64,000 nucleotides of DNA from Andalucia godoyi And28 (Eukaryota; Protista; Jakobida): positions 39,328 through 103,327 of the forward strand of contig VRVR01000048.1 of the NCBI GenBank assembly GCA_009859145.1. The letters run 5' to 3'. The notes beneath the pieces were generated by a model that saw nothing but the letters and a program-made list of their open reading frames with translations, searched no databases and was not told the origin of the DNA. The position numbers and the translations under genes were made by a program. This document shows, in pieces, positions 11,101 to 21,900 of the stretch; position 1 is the first letter of the stretch; each line of letters begins with the position of its first letter.

Positions 11101-11751
11101 CTCGTCTACTACCCTTTTGAAGAATGCTCGGTGAATCTCCAGATCGCATCGTCATTTCTGCTACTTCTGTATGGAGTGGTAACACCTTGTTGTCTTTCGT
11201 ACTTGCTATGGAAGAGCGGTGCACTCTCCGAGCGCGTGCAGGTCGATCCGCGAAAGCTGCTCGTCTATTCGATGCTGTTTGGCTCGTATCGTCGCAAGTG
11301 CCGCTGGTGGGAAATCATGGTCACGGCACGTCGAATGCTGTTCGTTGCGTTTTTTGTCACAATTCCTCCATTATCGGAGTATCGCAGCTTGACGGTGTCG
11401 ATGCTCTTGGTGCTGTCGTGCTGCGTGCAAGCGATTACGTGTCCGTACCACAACGATCAGGAAAACTACGCTGAGATCTCCGCGCTGAGTCTGCTGATTG
11501 TGAATCTTGTCTGCTCGATCCAATCGCAAGTCATTCACGTTTCAGATGTCAATGGTGCCGGAGTCTTCATCTTTGTTCTCAACATGTTGTTCAGCGTCGT
11601 TGTCCTTTCCATGATCGCAATGCAGTTCAGAAGAAAATTCCTTCTGAAGCGCTCGGAATCCTACCGATCCTCTCCAGGCTTTCTCAGTGTGGAATCCGAT
11701 CTCTCGCTCACATCGTCGCTGGTTCCCGAGTCCACTGATCGTGCCCTGTAG
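8146..11751 (+). CDS. LRR receptor-like multi-pass membrane protein (signal peptide, LRRNT + LRRs, Cys-rich region, about 9 TM segments)
   Basis: Plant-type LRRs (LxxLDLSxNxLSGxIP), LRRNT (W..RTGW...DACC...GVVC), C-x-C-x-PGFFG and CSACSDGYF Cys modules, TM region with YRRKCRWWE and PYHNDQEN motifs. Confidence 0.88.
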   Translation: MQHHHRGGVLSLVRVVRLISILCALLCSCNAAAHRTLPASSPAAIAHRLQRQRQLPLQPVASSVERREEDGNADCRVLRDVYANLGGPQWTNRTGWDSVMMTMLENGDDACCSGQLYGVVCSGSRVTKLLLGSNMLSGTIPASICDLSMLTLLDLSANAVNGSIPSCIGQLSQLVEIDFYFNSIGGSIPDSIVQLRALQTLNVHSNRISGPIPDGIGYLSALQMLLINANQISGSLPRSLCWLQNLTRIDADENAISGPIPACIGNLSTLLYSIDLSSNQLSGEIPYSLCSLSVLTTLRLFGNMLRGELPDCIGNLTAVNSFVVYSNQLSGRFPLSMRNLSQLELLDVHLNNFEGPVPGFIFTALPRLQTADLHLNRFSGSLVIDESAISALPAASSLKALYLQYNNVSGDLPASLCLLQRLQLVFLSNNQISAFPKCAFPNLVVLDLSSNRLVDFPFSLIESFPSLQSLDLSYNLLNGSYPVRPFMGNLSLRSLSLAYNQYSGDFPFYPCGYYNPITNVSYPTVSESGLSDLDISGNRVDSIPGVINAFSECILCDSLPYASLTTLKIENMMLQSVYDVLITLTNGDTCGGSVPFSQMLFLFPGVRALDVSSNGFSNLLDGFIAFLPLLSSLDFRNNPRVEISTSFSSSVGSLFVLNATTAYPYSVSLMCYLPNIGGSRLLAQVDPTFFSYKNCVCRPGFFGKPPDCHPCLQNGICSFSSEDVITQLNPATAWNLSGSIIAADGYYASPDVSISDMQHDISYPRFLESCAYAGTDLTPCKPSSSGADSCVEGYEGRLCSACSDGYFRSGDLCEACPDFAELVLFGMLVFFVVCCLFAWSFVVDNASSGLVKVFVFFWQAVFYIRSPMPKTMYIFTQETSSSVSFTLAGPECFFGSWGFVDRYVLSVVSPAIAVAVVFLIWAAGALKMKMSEGAGRPAPASQWTAWIDRCWRSVIFWIMLLLMPAFSTVLAPLSCVKDEGDHKEYLVYYPFEECSVNLQIASSFLLLLYGVVTPCCLSYLLWKSGALSERVQVDPRKLLVYSMLFGSYRRKCRWWEIMVTARRMLFVAFFVTIPPLSEYRSLTVSMLLVLSCCVQAITCPYHNDQENYAEISALSLLIVNLVCSIQSQVIHVSDVNGAGVFIFVLNMLFSVVVLSMIAMQFRRKFLLKRSESYRSSPGFLSVESDLSLTSSLVPESTDRAL

Positions 11752-11972
11752 CACCAGCCAGTCGCGCAATTGTGGCAAGCCATCATTCCGTAATGTATCG
11801 GTATGAACCCGATCACTCTCTTTATTCTTTGTTACAGCATTTGGCTTTCTTTTTTTTTTTCATTTTATTAATAATTAAATTAAAGACCAATTCACACACA
11901 AACACATGCACGCACGCACGCAAAAAAACGAATATATACATGCTACACATTCTTCAAGCCACCGTTGCGTTG

Positions 11973-12371
11973 CTAGCAGTCCAAGTAATTGGCAGCCAGG
12001 AGCGTCTCGACGATGAGGCTTCGATGCGCAGGATTCTCTGGATCGCACTGCTTAAAAGGCGGGAAATCCGCCATTGGGCGTCCGGACCGTGACTTGTACG
12101 AAAGATACCGACAAACCATGTCGAGCACTGGTGCAGAGATGTCTCGCAACGGAATTCGCAAGACACCCGACGACGCGGAAGAACCAACGGTCGTCTTTCC
12201 ACTGCTCGACCCCTTCACCTGTCGTATTCCGGACGCAGGATGCGATGTGTACGACACCTGCTGCTCGGCAAGCAACATCATCTGCATGAGCAGCCCGGCG
12301 TGCGACGCTGCGGTCCGCGGCAGATAAAACTCGGAGCCATCCGCTGCCACCAGCACCACATACAAGTCCAT
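11973..12371 (-). CDS. ELOC: Elongin C (Skp1/POZ-fold)
   Basis: VVLVAADGSEF, IPLRDISAPVLDMVCRYLSYK and the C-terminal ETLLAANYLDC typical of Elongin C. Confidence 0.85.
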   Translation of the reverse strand: MDLYVVLVAADGSEFYLPRTAASHAGLLMQMMLLAEQQVSYTSHPASGIRQVKGSSSGKTTVGSSASSGVLRIPLRDISAPVLDMVCRYLSYKSRSGRPMADFPPFKQCDPENPAHRSLIVETLLAANYLDC

Positions 12372-12617
12372 CGCACTACAGCAACCCAGTCAAGCACATC
12401 ATTCCAGAAACCAACAGGGAATACGTATTTGGGCAAAGGAAGCAGCAGCACGTCGTGAGGACTGTCCGTATCAATACGTCTACGGTTGCTGGGGAAATCA
12501 TGACTTCGAGCATTGTCGACTCGTTTTTTGCTTTGCTTCACTATTGTATCCGCACAAGTTGGGCGACGTTCTGATTTTGGTGTTGTTTTTTAAAATGAAG
12601 ATGTAAAAGGAACGGAG

Positions 12618-13061
12618 ATGATTGTGGGATTAGGAACTGATTTGGTGTCTCATGCACGGATATCGGCGCTGCTGAAGCGGTACGGCGCGCGGTTCGTGCA
12701 GCGCATCCTTGCTGATTCCGAGCGTCAATTGCTCGAGTCGTTCTCGAGTGTGCAGGAAACAACAAACAAAAGGTCCTGCGAAGACAACGGCCGTACGGTG
12801 GAATTTGTGGCGGCGCGGTGGGCGGCCAAGGAGGCAGTCTGGAAGGCGCTTGGGCGCCGGACCCCCGCGCAGTCCGTTGCGGTGCTCAGGGACGCGGTGT
12901 CTGGAGCGCCGGTTGTCCATGTGTCGGGATTCACATTACAGCGAGCGGTCCATCGGGCGGGATCGGAACACAAGTTCTGGATAAGCATATCGCATGAATC
13001 GGGACCGCAAGCCCTGAGCATGGCGGTATGCGTACTGGAGGCGGGCACACATAGATCCTGA
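12618..13061 (+). CDS. acpS: Holo-[acyl-carrier-protein] synthase, AcpS-type phosphopantetheinyl transferase
   Basis: MIVGLGTDLV, ARWAAKEAVWKALG, GAPVV and ISISHE motifs of bacterial-type AcpS. Confidence 0.9.
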   Translation: MIVGLGTDLVSHARISALLKRYGARFVQRILADSERQLLESFSSVQETTNKRSCEDNGRTVEFVAARWAAKEAVWKALGRRTPAQSVAVLRDAVSGAPVVHVSGFTLQRAVHRAGSEHKFWISISHESGPQALSMAVCVLEAGTHRS

Positions 13062-13090
13062 CCCTACTCACGGTACATGACGATCTCGGT

Positions 13091-13963
13091 TTACGAAGTG
13101 CAGCACGCCTTTCGTTTCTTGGAGGTCGATGCCGCACCCATACTCATGCTTGTACTGCTACTGCTACTGCTACTGCTGCTGGCTCTGGTTCGGGCGGGAT
13201 CTGCAATAGATTGTGTCAAGTGGACTGTGCCCATCGTAGGGGTTGGAGAGTGTGCGAAATGACCTGCGGCAGAGGTCATCTTCACAATCTCTTCGACGAG
13301 GGATTGCATGGACAGCTCGACGTTGAGCCCCGTTTTGGCAGACGTTTCTATCCTTGCTGCAAAATTGGACTCTCGAATCCAAGAGTCAATCTCGGGAGAC
13401 GAGATGTGTGTTGCAGCCGGTAAATCCACCTTGTTCGCCAGCAGCAAACAGGGAATTGGCGTTCCATTAAACGAGACCTTTTCGTCAATCTCGTTCTTCC
13501 AAAACTTGGCACCTTCCAAGGATGCCATTGACGTGATGTCATACACAACAAGCGCCCCGAGAGCTTCTTTGAAGAACACCCGCGTCATTTTTCCGAACCT
13601 TTCCTGACCTGCATCACAGCCCCAGAACAACAAATACGACCCCCCCACAACGGGGACACTTCATAATTAAACAGAAAGCACACAAAAACATACGTACTAC
13701 GACGCAACAGTCGAGGTGAGGTAATAAATAAACATACCTGCTATGTCCCAAAGCTGCAATCGAACGGGTCGGCCGTCGCGGAGCACAAAGCTCTTGGATG
13801 CCAAGTCTGTGCCAATAGTCATCTGGTACTTTGCTTCCGTGAATGTATTGTTTGTAAACCGTCGGATCAGCGCTGTCTTGCCCGTTGAATAGCCGCCGAC
13901 AACGAGAATCTTGATGATCTTTTCCTTGACTGGCGTCGTTGGTGTGCCTGTTACAAGTGTCAT
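13091..13963 (-). CDS. RAB32: Rab32/38-like small GTPase, 2 exons, 247 aa
   Basis: Exons 13963-13738 and 13608-13091 joined by a phase-1 GTATGT..AG intron give WDIAGQERFGKMTRVFFKEALGA (Rab32 signature), NKVD, ETSAK and a CCTS prenylation end. Confidence 0.85.
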
Positions 13964-14305
13964 GGTTAGATAATCCAAAGCATGAAACAAAAAGAGGATG
14001 AAACACCTGAACAGGGTAGAAAACAATGTATATGATGATAAAGAAGGAGAACAAGGGAAACCCGCGGATCGAACGACGAACACGCTGGCTAGAAGGACTG
14101 GTCAGTGGTGCTATCCCCCTCCCTGTTTTGGGAAAACGACAAGCTTCTGCTGGTATCCATTGGAAACATCAAGCAGCGCAACAACAGCAACAACAACAAC
14201 AACAAAAGAGAAAAAGAAAGAAAAAGAAAAAGAAACCCTGACGAACTGCACTGGTAATTGAGGATTTGTTTTTTATGATGATGACGATGGTGATGATGAT
14301 GACCG

Positions 14306-17300
14306 CTATTTGTACAAGTGTCTTTGGCGGAGCGCAAATCCCTCCTTGAGAATCCGTTCGGGGACAGCATCGAACCCAACGCAAAGCTTCCACCAGACGC
14401 CCGACACTCGTGCGGCCATGAAATCCGACTCGGACTGGACCACATCTGGAATGCTTCCACGGATGAGCTGAATCCGGACGGCTTCGGGACCCTGGTCGCT
14501 TACTTCGGATGACACGGCGTGGACCAGTGGAGAGACCGGGGACTTGACAGTTACCACCAAGCTTGCCTCGTCTTCCTCGTCATCCCCGTCCGCTGGATCG
14601 ATGAAATCAGTACCGGAATGCTGTGGGTGAACGCTCGGTGCGCTCGACAACCGCAAGCGAGCTGCTCGCGGATTCGGTCTCCGAACAGACGCGTTCGCAC
14701 TCGAGGCACGCTGATGAGTGGGCAGCGTGTCTGTTGTGCTCGTCGATCCAATGGAATTGACAGTCGAGCCCAGATCCTGCGCGACGAACGAGCTGTGCTG
14801 TTTGGGTGCATTGACATGATTCTTTCGAACCAAGGATACTGCAAATTCCCTGGAATCGTACGCATGAGCCTCGACAAGACCGAATTTCAGCACGCTTGCG
14901 ACGCGACGTTTCCAGCCATCAAGTGCAGTAACAAACCGATCTTCATCTGATTTGGTCTCAATAGAAAATGGCGGGACAGACACATGGACGAGCAGCAAGG
15001 AAGACGTAAAGGCACCAAACAAGTTCGAAACTTCAGAAGAACGCGAGGAAATCGCAGCTTCAAGAGCAACACAAGCGTTCATCCATACACTCAAGAACGA
15101 CAAGAGTGAATCGCAACGTGAGGTGTGGTGCGGAATTGTCAATGACGGCAGCAGTAGATAGCGGTTTTCGGGCGACGTGGCCTCTGCAATGGAAATTGGG
15201 GGCGCCTTCTGCGCGCTCGAGGAGGAAGATGTGGGCTTCTTGGAATTCGCGGTGATGGGCACGGTGGAAGGCTTGGGGTCCTTCAACACGGAGGGGATTG
15301 AGAAGGCATCCAATGGGTGTTTGGCACAGTGATATCGATTCATCGGCAGGAGAATAGACTCCACAGCAAACTGCGGATATGATTCCAGATTCAACACGCA
15401 ACGCGCCATGAGGGACGAGAGGACATCGGAAAGGAGGCCCTCTTCTTCCGCAAGCCTAGACAAGAAGGTCGACTCTCCGATCACCGAGCCAGAAGACGAA
15501 GCTGGTGCGACGCTCTTCGCTGACTTCTGAGATGCCAGAATTGCAAACGTAGTGGACCATGCTTCAAAGGTCCGAATCACCAAAGACAGTCTCGGCGGCT
15601 TAGCAGGAGCCACACGTGCACAGATGTTCTTGTGGTCGTCCAAACACTGCAGCAGACGCCACCACTTGAATCTTTTCGAGACAGCCTGCTTCACAGAAAT
15701 GCAATTGCGAGGAGTCGCAAACAAACAAGGCTCTACAAGGCTGCGGTCGATTCGCTCAAGTCCAACACGGAGCAACGACGACCACAGTACGTTCCAAGCC
15801 GAAGGCGACGCGGCAAGCGCTTCGCCGACAAAAGCAGGCGGTACAAGCTTGACGATCGTTCCGAGTGCGACGACCGCCTTTTCCTGATCCACAGGTCCGA
15901 CAACAAGAGCATCCAACTGGTCCTCGGCGTAGAACGAGCGCGGAGCAAGCGGATCCACGAAATCCAGTTCGCGAAACCGGTGTTCGAAAGGCAGGCACGG
16001 GCGCTGCGATCCGGAAATCGGGTCCAGCAGGTCCAAACAGGATCGCACAAGGGGACGCAAAATGTTTTGCAAGAAGAAACGATACTGCGCGCTCATGACC
16101 TCTGCATGAGATCTCGCAACAGTGCGGCCGGCGACCCCGGATCTTCTCGCCGAGTGCTTAGAGATTGTCGATTTTGCCTCCTGCTCGCTGGTAGATTCCT
16201 CTGCATACGAGTTATCGACAACATCGTCATTTGCGTCTGCAGACGCATCGGAAGAGTACGAAAATTGCATTGCATGTGCAATCAAGATCAATGCTCCATT
16301 CAACAGTAATGCTCGAAGAGTTGTCCGCGGTTCGTGATCATCCCAGTGGGTGTTGCCAATTGAAAGCCGTTTGCAAATAAGCTGAAACACAGCAAAGGCC
16401 ACATCCAAGTCGCATACGAGGAGATCCGGGCGTGGGAAAGCGAGAAATAGGTCGATTCTGGATTGTCGGAGACGATCATCGCGACTTACTGCACAAAGAG
16501 CCGTGGCATCGGCCGGGCTGACAGCAAGTGACGGAGACAAATACGCGATAGTCGTCGTTGTTGACGCTGCATGCGGCTGTTGTTGTGAATTGCGCAGTGC
16601 GTGGATCGATCGTGGAGCGTAGTCCGAGAAGTTCCGTGTAGGCACAAACATGGCTCTTGCAAAGGGCAATATCCACGGAAAATCGCGGGACGGATACACG
16701 ATTGGCGTATGAGACGGCACCAAGCCCAGCATCGTCGATACCCACTCTACAATAGCACTCTCTTCCGCAACTGCTGTCGCTTCCGCTTCCTCTTCCTCTT
16801 CCTCTTCCTCTTCTTCTTCTTCTTCTTCTTCTTCGGCTTCCTGCTGCGCATGCTGCCGGTCTTTCCTACGGTCGCCTTGAGTGCCGCTCTCTGGTGGATG
16901 CCTGGCCATTTCCAGCGATTTTCCCCCCGACGAAAGATCTGCATATCGCCTCGTGAGAATGCCATCCAGTGCTTCTGAAATGTGCTTCAACGGTCCCTTC
17001 GAAGCCAGCACGCAATGTGCTACAAGTTTCTGGACGGTATCATTCAGCGACATGAACCGCGACTGAACCACGCTCCAACTGGACAGCCGTCGTTCTCGCC
17101 CAGCCTCGCCCTCGGCGTCGTTTTCATGGCCATTGTCGTTGGCATGATCATTGCCGCTACCTTTCGACTGACGCGCAGTGGGCGGAATCTTGTTATTGTG
17201 CAGCAAGGACGCTGGATGTGCGAGCGGCAACAACGAAGCAAAATTGGCTACCTCGCACAGTCCTTTTGTCCAGTTGTCCACCTCGTCCGTTGGCACCCCG

Positions 17301-17899
17301 TCAAGAAGGATTTCGCACTCTCGGTTCGAAAACGAAAGCAGCGAAGCAGATGACATTCTAGCGCGCAGAAAATTCGCAATCTTTAGCGGAATTGGGATCT
17401 GATCAGACTCCTCCTCGTGCTCCTGCATCTGCTTTTGTTGCTTCTTCTGCTGCAGTTGCTGTACTGACTCATACATTGGAAAGTTGTCGTGCGAAAGACC
17501 CTCCATGTAGTCCGAGGCGGCCGCCAGCATCTCCAGCTTATCCAGCACTGTGCATGCTCGCTGGAACCTCCTGACCGCAGAGATCCATTCTTTGTGCATC
17601 TTTTCTTCCACGCGCGCCATTTCCGACACAAACCACACGAGATCGTCCAGATTCCGATCTCTGTCGTAAACCACCCGCACGGCAGAGCAAAACTCATCGA
17701 ATGTAAGCTGCGAAAACGAGTGTGGGTGCACATGAGCCATCCCTATTGCATGCATCGGGATCTCCAGTGACCCCAAAATGCGCGCAAGGTCTGCCGCAGA
17801 AATCGTGTTCGATGACGATGAGGGACGAAGCAGCGGCCATGCATTGCGGCACTGTTGCTCAAACGAAGCCGCCGCATCACTCGTCTGGTTCCGCTTCAT
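14306..17899 (-). CDS. Large protein of unknown function with an N-terminal EF-hand-like region
   Basis: 1197-aa ORF with an ATG start; ISAADLARIL...LTFDEFCSAV resembles degenerate EF-hands; contains a poly-Glu tract. Confidence 0.75.
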   Translation of the reverse strand: MKRNQTSDAAASFEQQCRNAWPLLRPSSSSNTISAADLARILGSLEIPMHAIGMAHVHPHSFSQLTFDEFCSAVRVVYDRDRNLDDLVWFVSEMARVEEKMHKEWISAVRRFQRACTVLDKLEMLAAASDYMEGLSHDNFPMYESVQQLQQKKQQKQMQEHEEESDQIPIPLKIANFLRARMSSASLLSFSNRECEILLDGVPTDEVDNWTKGLCEVANFASLLPLAHPASLLHNNKIPPTARQSKGSGNDHANDNGHENDAEGEAGRERRLSSWSVVQSRFMSLNDTVQKLVAHCVLASKGPLKHISEALDGILTRRYADLSSGGKSLEMARHPPESGTQGDRRKDRQHAQQEAEEEEEEEEEEEEEEEEAEATAVAEESAIVEWVSTMLGLVPSHTPIVYPSRDFPWILPFARAMFVPTRNFSDYAPRSIHALRNSQQQPHAASTTTTIAYLSPSLAVSPADATALCAVSRDDRLRQSRIDLFLAFPRPDLLVCDLDVAFAVFQLICKRLSIGNTHWDDHEPRTTLRALLLNGALILIAHAMQFSYSSDASADANDDVVDNSYAEESTSEQEAKSTISKHSARRSGVAGRTVARSHAEVMSAQYRFFLQNILRPLVRSCLDLLDPISGSQRPCLPFEHRFRELDFVDPLAPRSFYAEDQLDALVVGPVDQEKAVVALGTIVKLVPPAFVGEALAASPSAWNVLWSSLLRVGLERIDRSLVEPCLFATPRNCISVKQAVSKRFKWWRLLQCLDDHKNICARVAPAKPPRLSLVIRTFEAWSTTFAILASQKSAKSVAPASSSGSVIGESTFLSRLAEEEGLLSDVLSSLMARCVLNLESYPQFAVESILLPMNRYHCAKHPLDAFSIPSVLKDPKPSTVPITANSKKPTSSSSSAQKAPPISIAEATSPENRYLLLPSLTIPHHTSRCDSLLSFLSVWMNACVALEAAISSRSSEVSNLFGAFTSSLLLVHVSVPPFSIETKSDEDRFVTALDGWKRRVASVLKFGLVEAHAYDSREFAVSLVRKNHVNAPKQHSSFVAQDLGSTVNSIGSTSTTDTLPTHQRASSANASVRRPNPRAARLRLSSAPSVHPQHSGTDFIDPADGDDEEDEASLVVTVKSPVSPLVHAVSSEVSDQGPEAVRIQLIRGSIPDVVQSESDFMAARVSGVWWKLCVGFDAVPERILKEGFALRQRHLYK

Positions 17900-18852
17900 T
17901 CAACAAACACCCCGTAAAAATAATGGTGATTATAATGATGAATATGATGCTGGTGGTAGTGGATGCGAGACTAACCAAAAAAAGGGGGAGGGAACTATGA
18001 GGAAGAAAAACACGGTTCAAACTTTATATATATACGCTTTGTGAATTCCTCATTTAAAGTAATGAAAAAAAGAACGGGGTCGTTTGAACGAAATTGGTCG
18101 AGAGGGGGAAATCGACAGATTTCGACAAGAACGTTTGCAAAGAGCACAACTTTGCGGGTGAACTACAGGCGGTGGAGGCGCTTTTTCGAGTTGAAAATTG
18201 CAGAGGGCGGGTATCCGTTATGGCCTGCTTGGACGTCACAACTTTCAACGATCCCGGTTTGCTGGATATGGACGCGTATCCGGGTTGCATGGTGCCCCGG
18301 CATGCAATCTGACGGCACGCGAAGGCCTAACGTTTTTCGGCGGATTCTTCCACTCTGGGCGTGTGCTCGGGCGACGGAGTCCGAGGGCGTGCATTTTTGT
18401 GGAGTGGGCAGAGCTGCGGGGTAGCCTTGTGCTCCGGTGGCGCACCCCCCGTGCGTTGTCTTGTGTCCGGGCGGGTCTCCGATGATCAGAAAACACGGTC
18501 ATCACCAACCATTAGCGTTCTGATCGGACTTCTGCCAGCTTCTTGTGCAAGCAAAACCACCTCGAGTGCAAAAATAACTCAAGATGTCGTAGCAGAACTC
18601 GGTGACGCGAACCCCGCACGGCGCACATTCATCTGGTCTCGATCGTTTGCTTCGCATCTCTCCGTCATCGTGTGTGTGCAACTTACAAGTTTGCACATTC
18701 TTACTGGACGAAACGGACGAGATGGCTGGCGATTCGTGATTGTGAGCGTTGGACAAGACACACATCAGGGAATACTAACGCACTGTTGGCTACATCACAG
18801 TTCCAGGCTCGAACGCTCTTCACCGTCTTACTTGTCGTCCGTTCTGTTCTTT

Positions 18853-18873
18853 CCCCCCCCCCCCCCCCCCCCC
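18853..18873. repeat. C21 homopolymer upstream of the adenylate cyclase gene
   Basis: 21 consecutive C, ending 83 nt before ATG 18957. Confidence 0.9.
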
Positions 18874-18956
18874 TCTCTCCTTTGCTCCTTTTGCTCTCTG
18901 TTCCTTACCCGTGTTTTTCCCAACAAAAAAGCAAGAAAGATTCTTGAGAAGAGCCC

Positions 18957-21900
18957 ATGGAAAACTCTGAAATTGGGTCCTCGACGATTGCTCTGGGAGA
19001 AGAAGAGTCTCTTCAGTATGGGCCGTTAGAAGAGTTCATCTACAACGTCACTCTGGATGCTGGTCGCTTGCGATTCCGGCGTCTGATCCAGTATTTTGGC
19101 GCATTTATCTGCTGGATGCAACTTTTATCCTTTGCTGCCTCCCCTTATCTTCCGTGGGATGGAAGCGGCGCAAGTACGTACAACTCCGGCTCGACGATCT
19201 CCGAAATCCTCTTTGTCCTCCGAGGAATACGGACCTTCACTCCGGAATCCTATTACGCAGACTACGCCGCAGTCACTGTGCATTTTTCGCTGGCGTGCAT
19301 CGCTGTCCTGTTTCTGCTGAGCTTGTGGTTTACTGTGTACCGGCTGAACGCAGGCGGAAACCCGCGACTATCCGCCGTCTACCGACCGATACTTCAAATT
19401 TTCAATACATACCCAGTCCTCTTTGCTCCTGTCTTCGCAGGACTCATGGCCGTGTGGAGATGCGATTTCAGTGTATCTGGAGCCGACGGAATTCCTCGAA
19501 TTGGCTTGCCATCGCAGTTGTGCTTTGCCACTCCGAATGTAATCCTCCTTGCTTTTTCGGCATTCGCCGCGATTCTGCTGATCCCCACCGTTTTCTTCTT
19601 TGCGCTCTTTTCGTACGACACTCGCCCGATTTCTAAAAATGACTTCGCAAGCATTGCAGGAATGCACCCCGCATTCTTCACTGCGGCGATTGCGACCCTG
19701 TCGATCGTGGAAGTGATTTCTGTACCGCTCACGTACTTTGCCTTGCCAGTCGCATCGATTCTGATGTTCGGTTTCCAACTCCGCAAGAGCTTGATTCGAT
19801 TTCCATTTTACTGCCCCCGAACGAACCATCTGTGCCACTCGGCGCTCTCCGTTGTGGTTTGTGTTTCATTCTTTGGACTGATTGCAGCCGGTGCACAGTC
19901 CACCTCCGTGTTTTATGTGATGATCGCCCTTGTTCCGTTCAGCGGTGTCGGTGGTTACTACTGGTCAAAACGGCAGCTGACGATTATCCGCACGCTTCGG
20001 ACATCGGCTTTCAAGTTTGAGGCACAAGCAGATGTTTTGGCAACTATGCCCTCGGGAATGTCCTCCGTGTGGGGAACCGAAGACGAAAATGCAATTCAGC
20101 TTCCTATTGCCAACGCGTTCCATGTGGAAGTGTATGCACGAACGACACAGCAGTCCGACTCCTGTGCATCCTCTGCTTGCGTGTCGCACTCCTCGATCGT
20201 GCCAGAAAACACAAATAGCGAGAACGGATCCGCTAGAAGTCGCACTCCGTCATTTGCCAAAAACGTCCCCATGTATGGACAAGGAGAGCACTCTCAGGCA
20301 GTCGAAGTGCTGGACCTCGTATTCAAACTTGGAAAGGACCTGTTTCCCAATTCTGCGTTTGTGGATTGTGCGCACGCGCTGTACGTCCTTGCGTTTTCGT
20401 CAAACACCAGACAGGCCTTTCGTTTGTCTTCGGATGCCGCGCAGCACACTACGACCCTCGTCGACCGGTACATGCTGTACTGCGTTCGGCGGCAGATTTC
20501 CGAAATTGAAGATGGTCGAGGAGGAGAAGACAACCTGCGCAGACGTCTTGCGGTTGCAAAAAAGCACCAAACCCTGTGTCGAGTGGCGCTGAGAAAATTC
20601 TGGTCCATGATTCTCAAGGAGAATGTAGACGAAAGCCAGCTGCCAAAGATCATCTCCTTGGTCGCAGAACACGAGCAGGAAGCGGAGAGACTATTTCGCA
20701 GAATCCTCGCCGAGTACGGGAATTCTCCGAGAGTGCTGCGCGCATACGGGGAATTCTTGCTTGAAATTCGCCAAGAGGAGATTCTGAGCAAGTTGTTCTT
20801 CCAAAAAGCCGAGGTCGCGGAGGAAAGCGGCGGAGATGCGACGGCAAACGAATCTGAATTCCAGAAGCGGTTGCGCCGTGCAGGAGCCATTTCCGAGTGC
20901 ATTGGCTCTCTCTCCGCTGGGCCCTATGATACGGAAGACGAAGACGACGAAGGGAGAGACTTTGAGCGCAATGGCACTGTCGATGTGGAGGTCGGGAAGC
21001 CTGGCTCAAAGTCTGTCATCGTGGACTCGGGCTTTGACAACTCCGTTGAAGCTGCATCGCCGCAGAATCCCCAAGGTCGAAAAACCTCCAAGGCTCTGGA
21101 GTGTGTGCATTCTGTCCAGCAAGGCTGGTCTTCGAGTTTCGTAGTCGGGGACATCCGCGAGAACGCGGAGCAAGCCGAGTCACAGAAACGCAGCTCCAGA
21201 CACCCCAGTTCCCCCGGGTCTTTTGAGTCTCGGAGGGTATCGATGGACAGTCCGGACAATGCAATGGTCGTGCTGGGGCGGAGCCGTCGTCGCTCTTCGA
21301 AAGGTGATGGTGGTGCCAGTGACAGGCACTGCAGTAACCACAACATCAGCAATAATGACGACAACCATTCTGTCGCCTCTGCGGGTGTCAGGAGCATTAG
21401 CGGCAGCAAACGTCAGTACTCAACAGCTGGGTCTTCCGTGGAATCGGACAGCAGCGTAACAGGACGAGCAATGGAGCGCCATATTCTGATGGGTGAAATT
21501 CGAAAGGGGTTTCACAAGCAAGCGCGAACGCTGCAGATTGCTTCCATTCTGATTGTCGTGGTTTTCGTAATCCTGCTGATTCTCTCGTATACTTTCTTCC
21601 AATCGTTCTTGACCACGATTACATCTCACGTGGCGAACTTGGAAGACCGCGGGAGTGCGCGCTCGGAGTCGCAGACGGCTCTGGTGTACGCAAAGTTGCT
21701 GCAACAGTATTCTGCAGCCAACGCAAACGGGAATCCGTCACCTTCGTATGTCGGCTACTTGGAAAAGGTGACAGGATCTTCTACGCACATGGCAACGTCT
21801 GTGACAGGCATCTTTGACTCGTTCTCAGGTAGTTTCTCCTCATCGGAACGTGCCTTCTGGACAAACAACGTAGGAAGCCGGAACTCCTTCTTTGTTCCTT

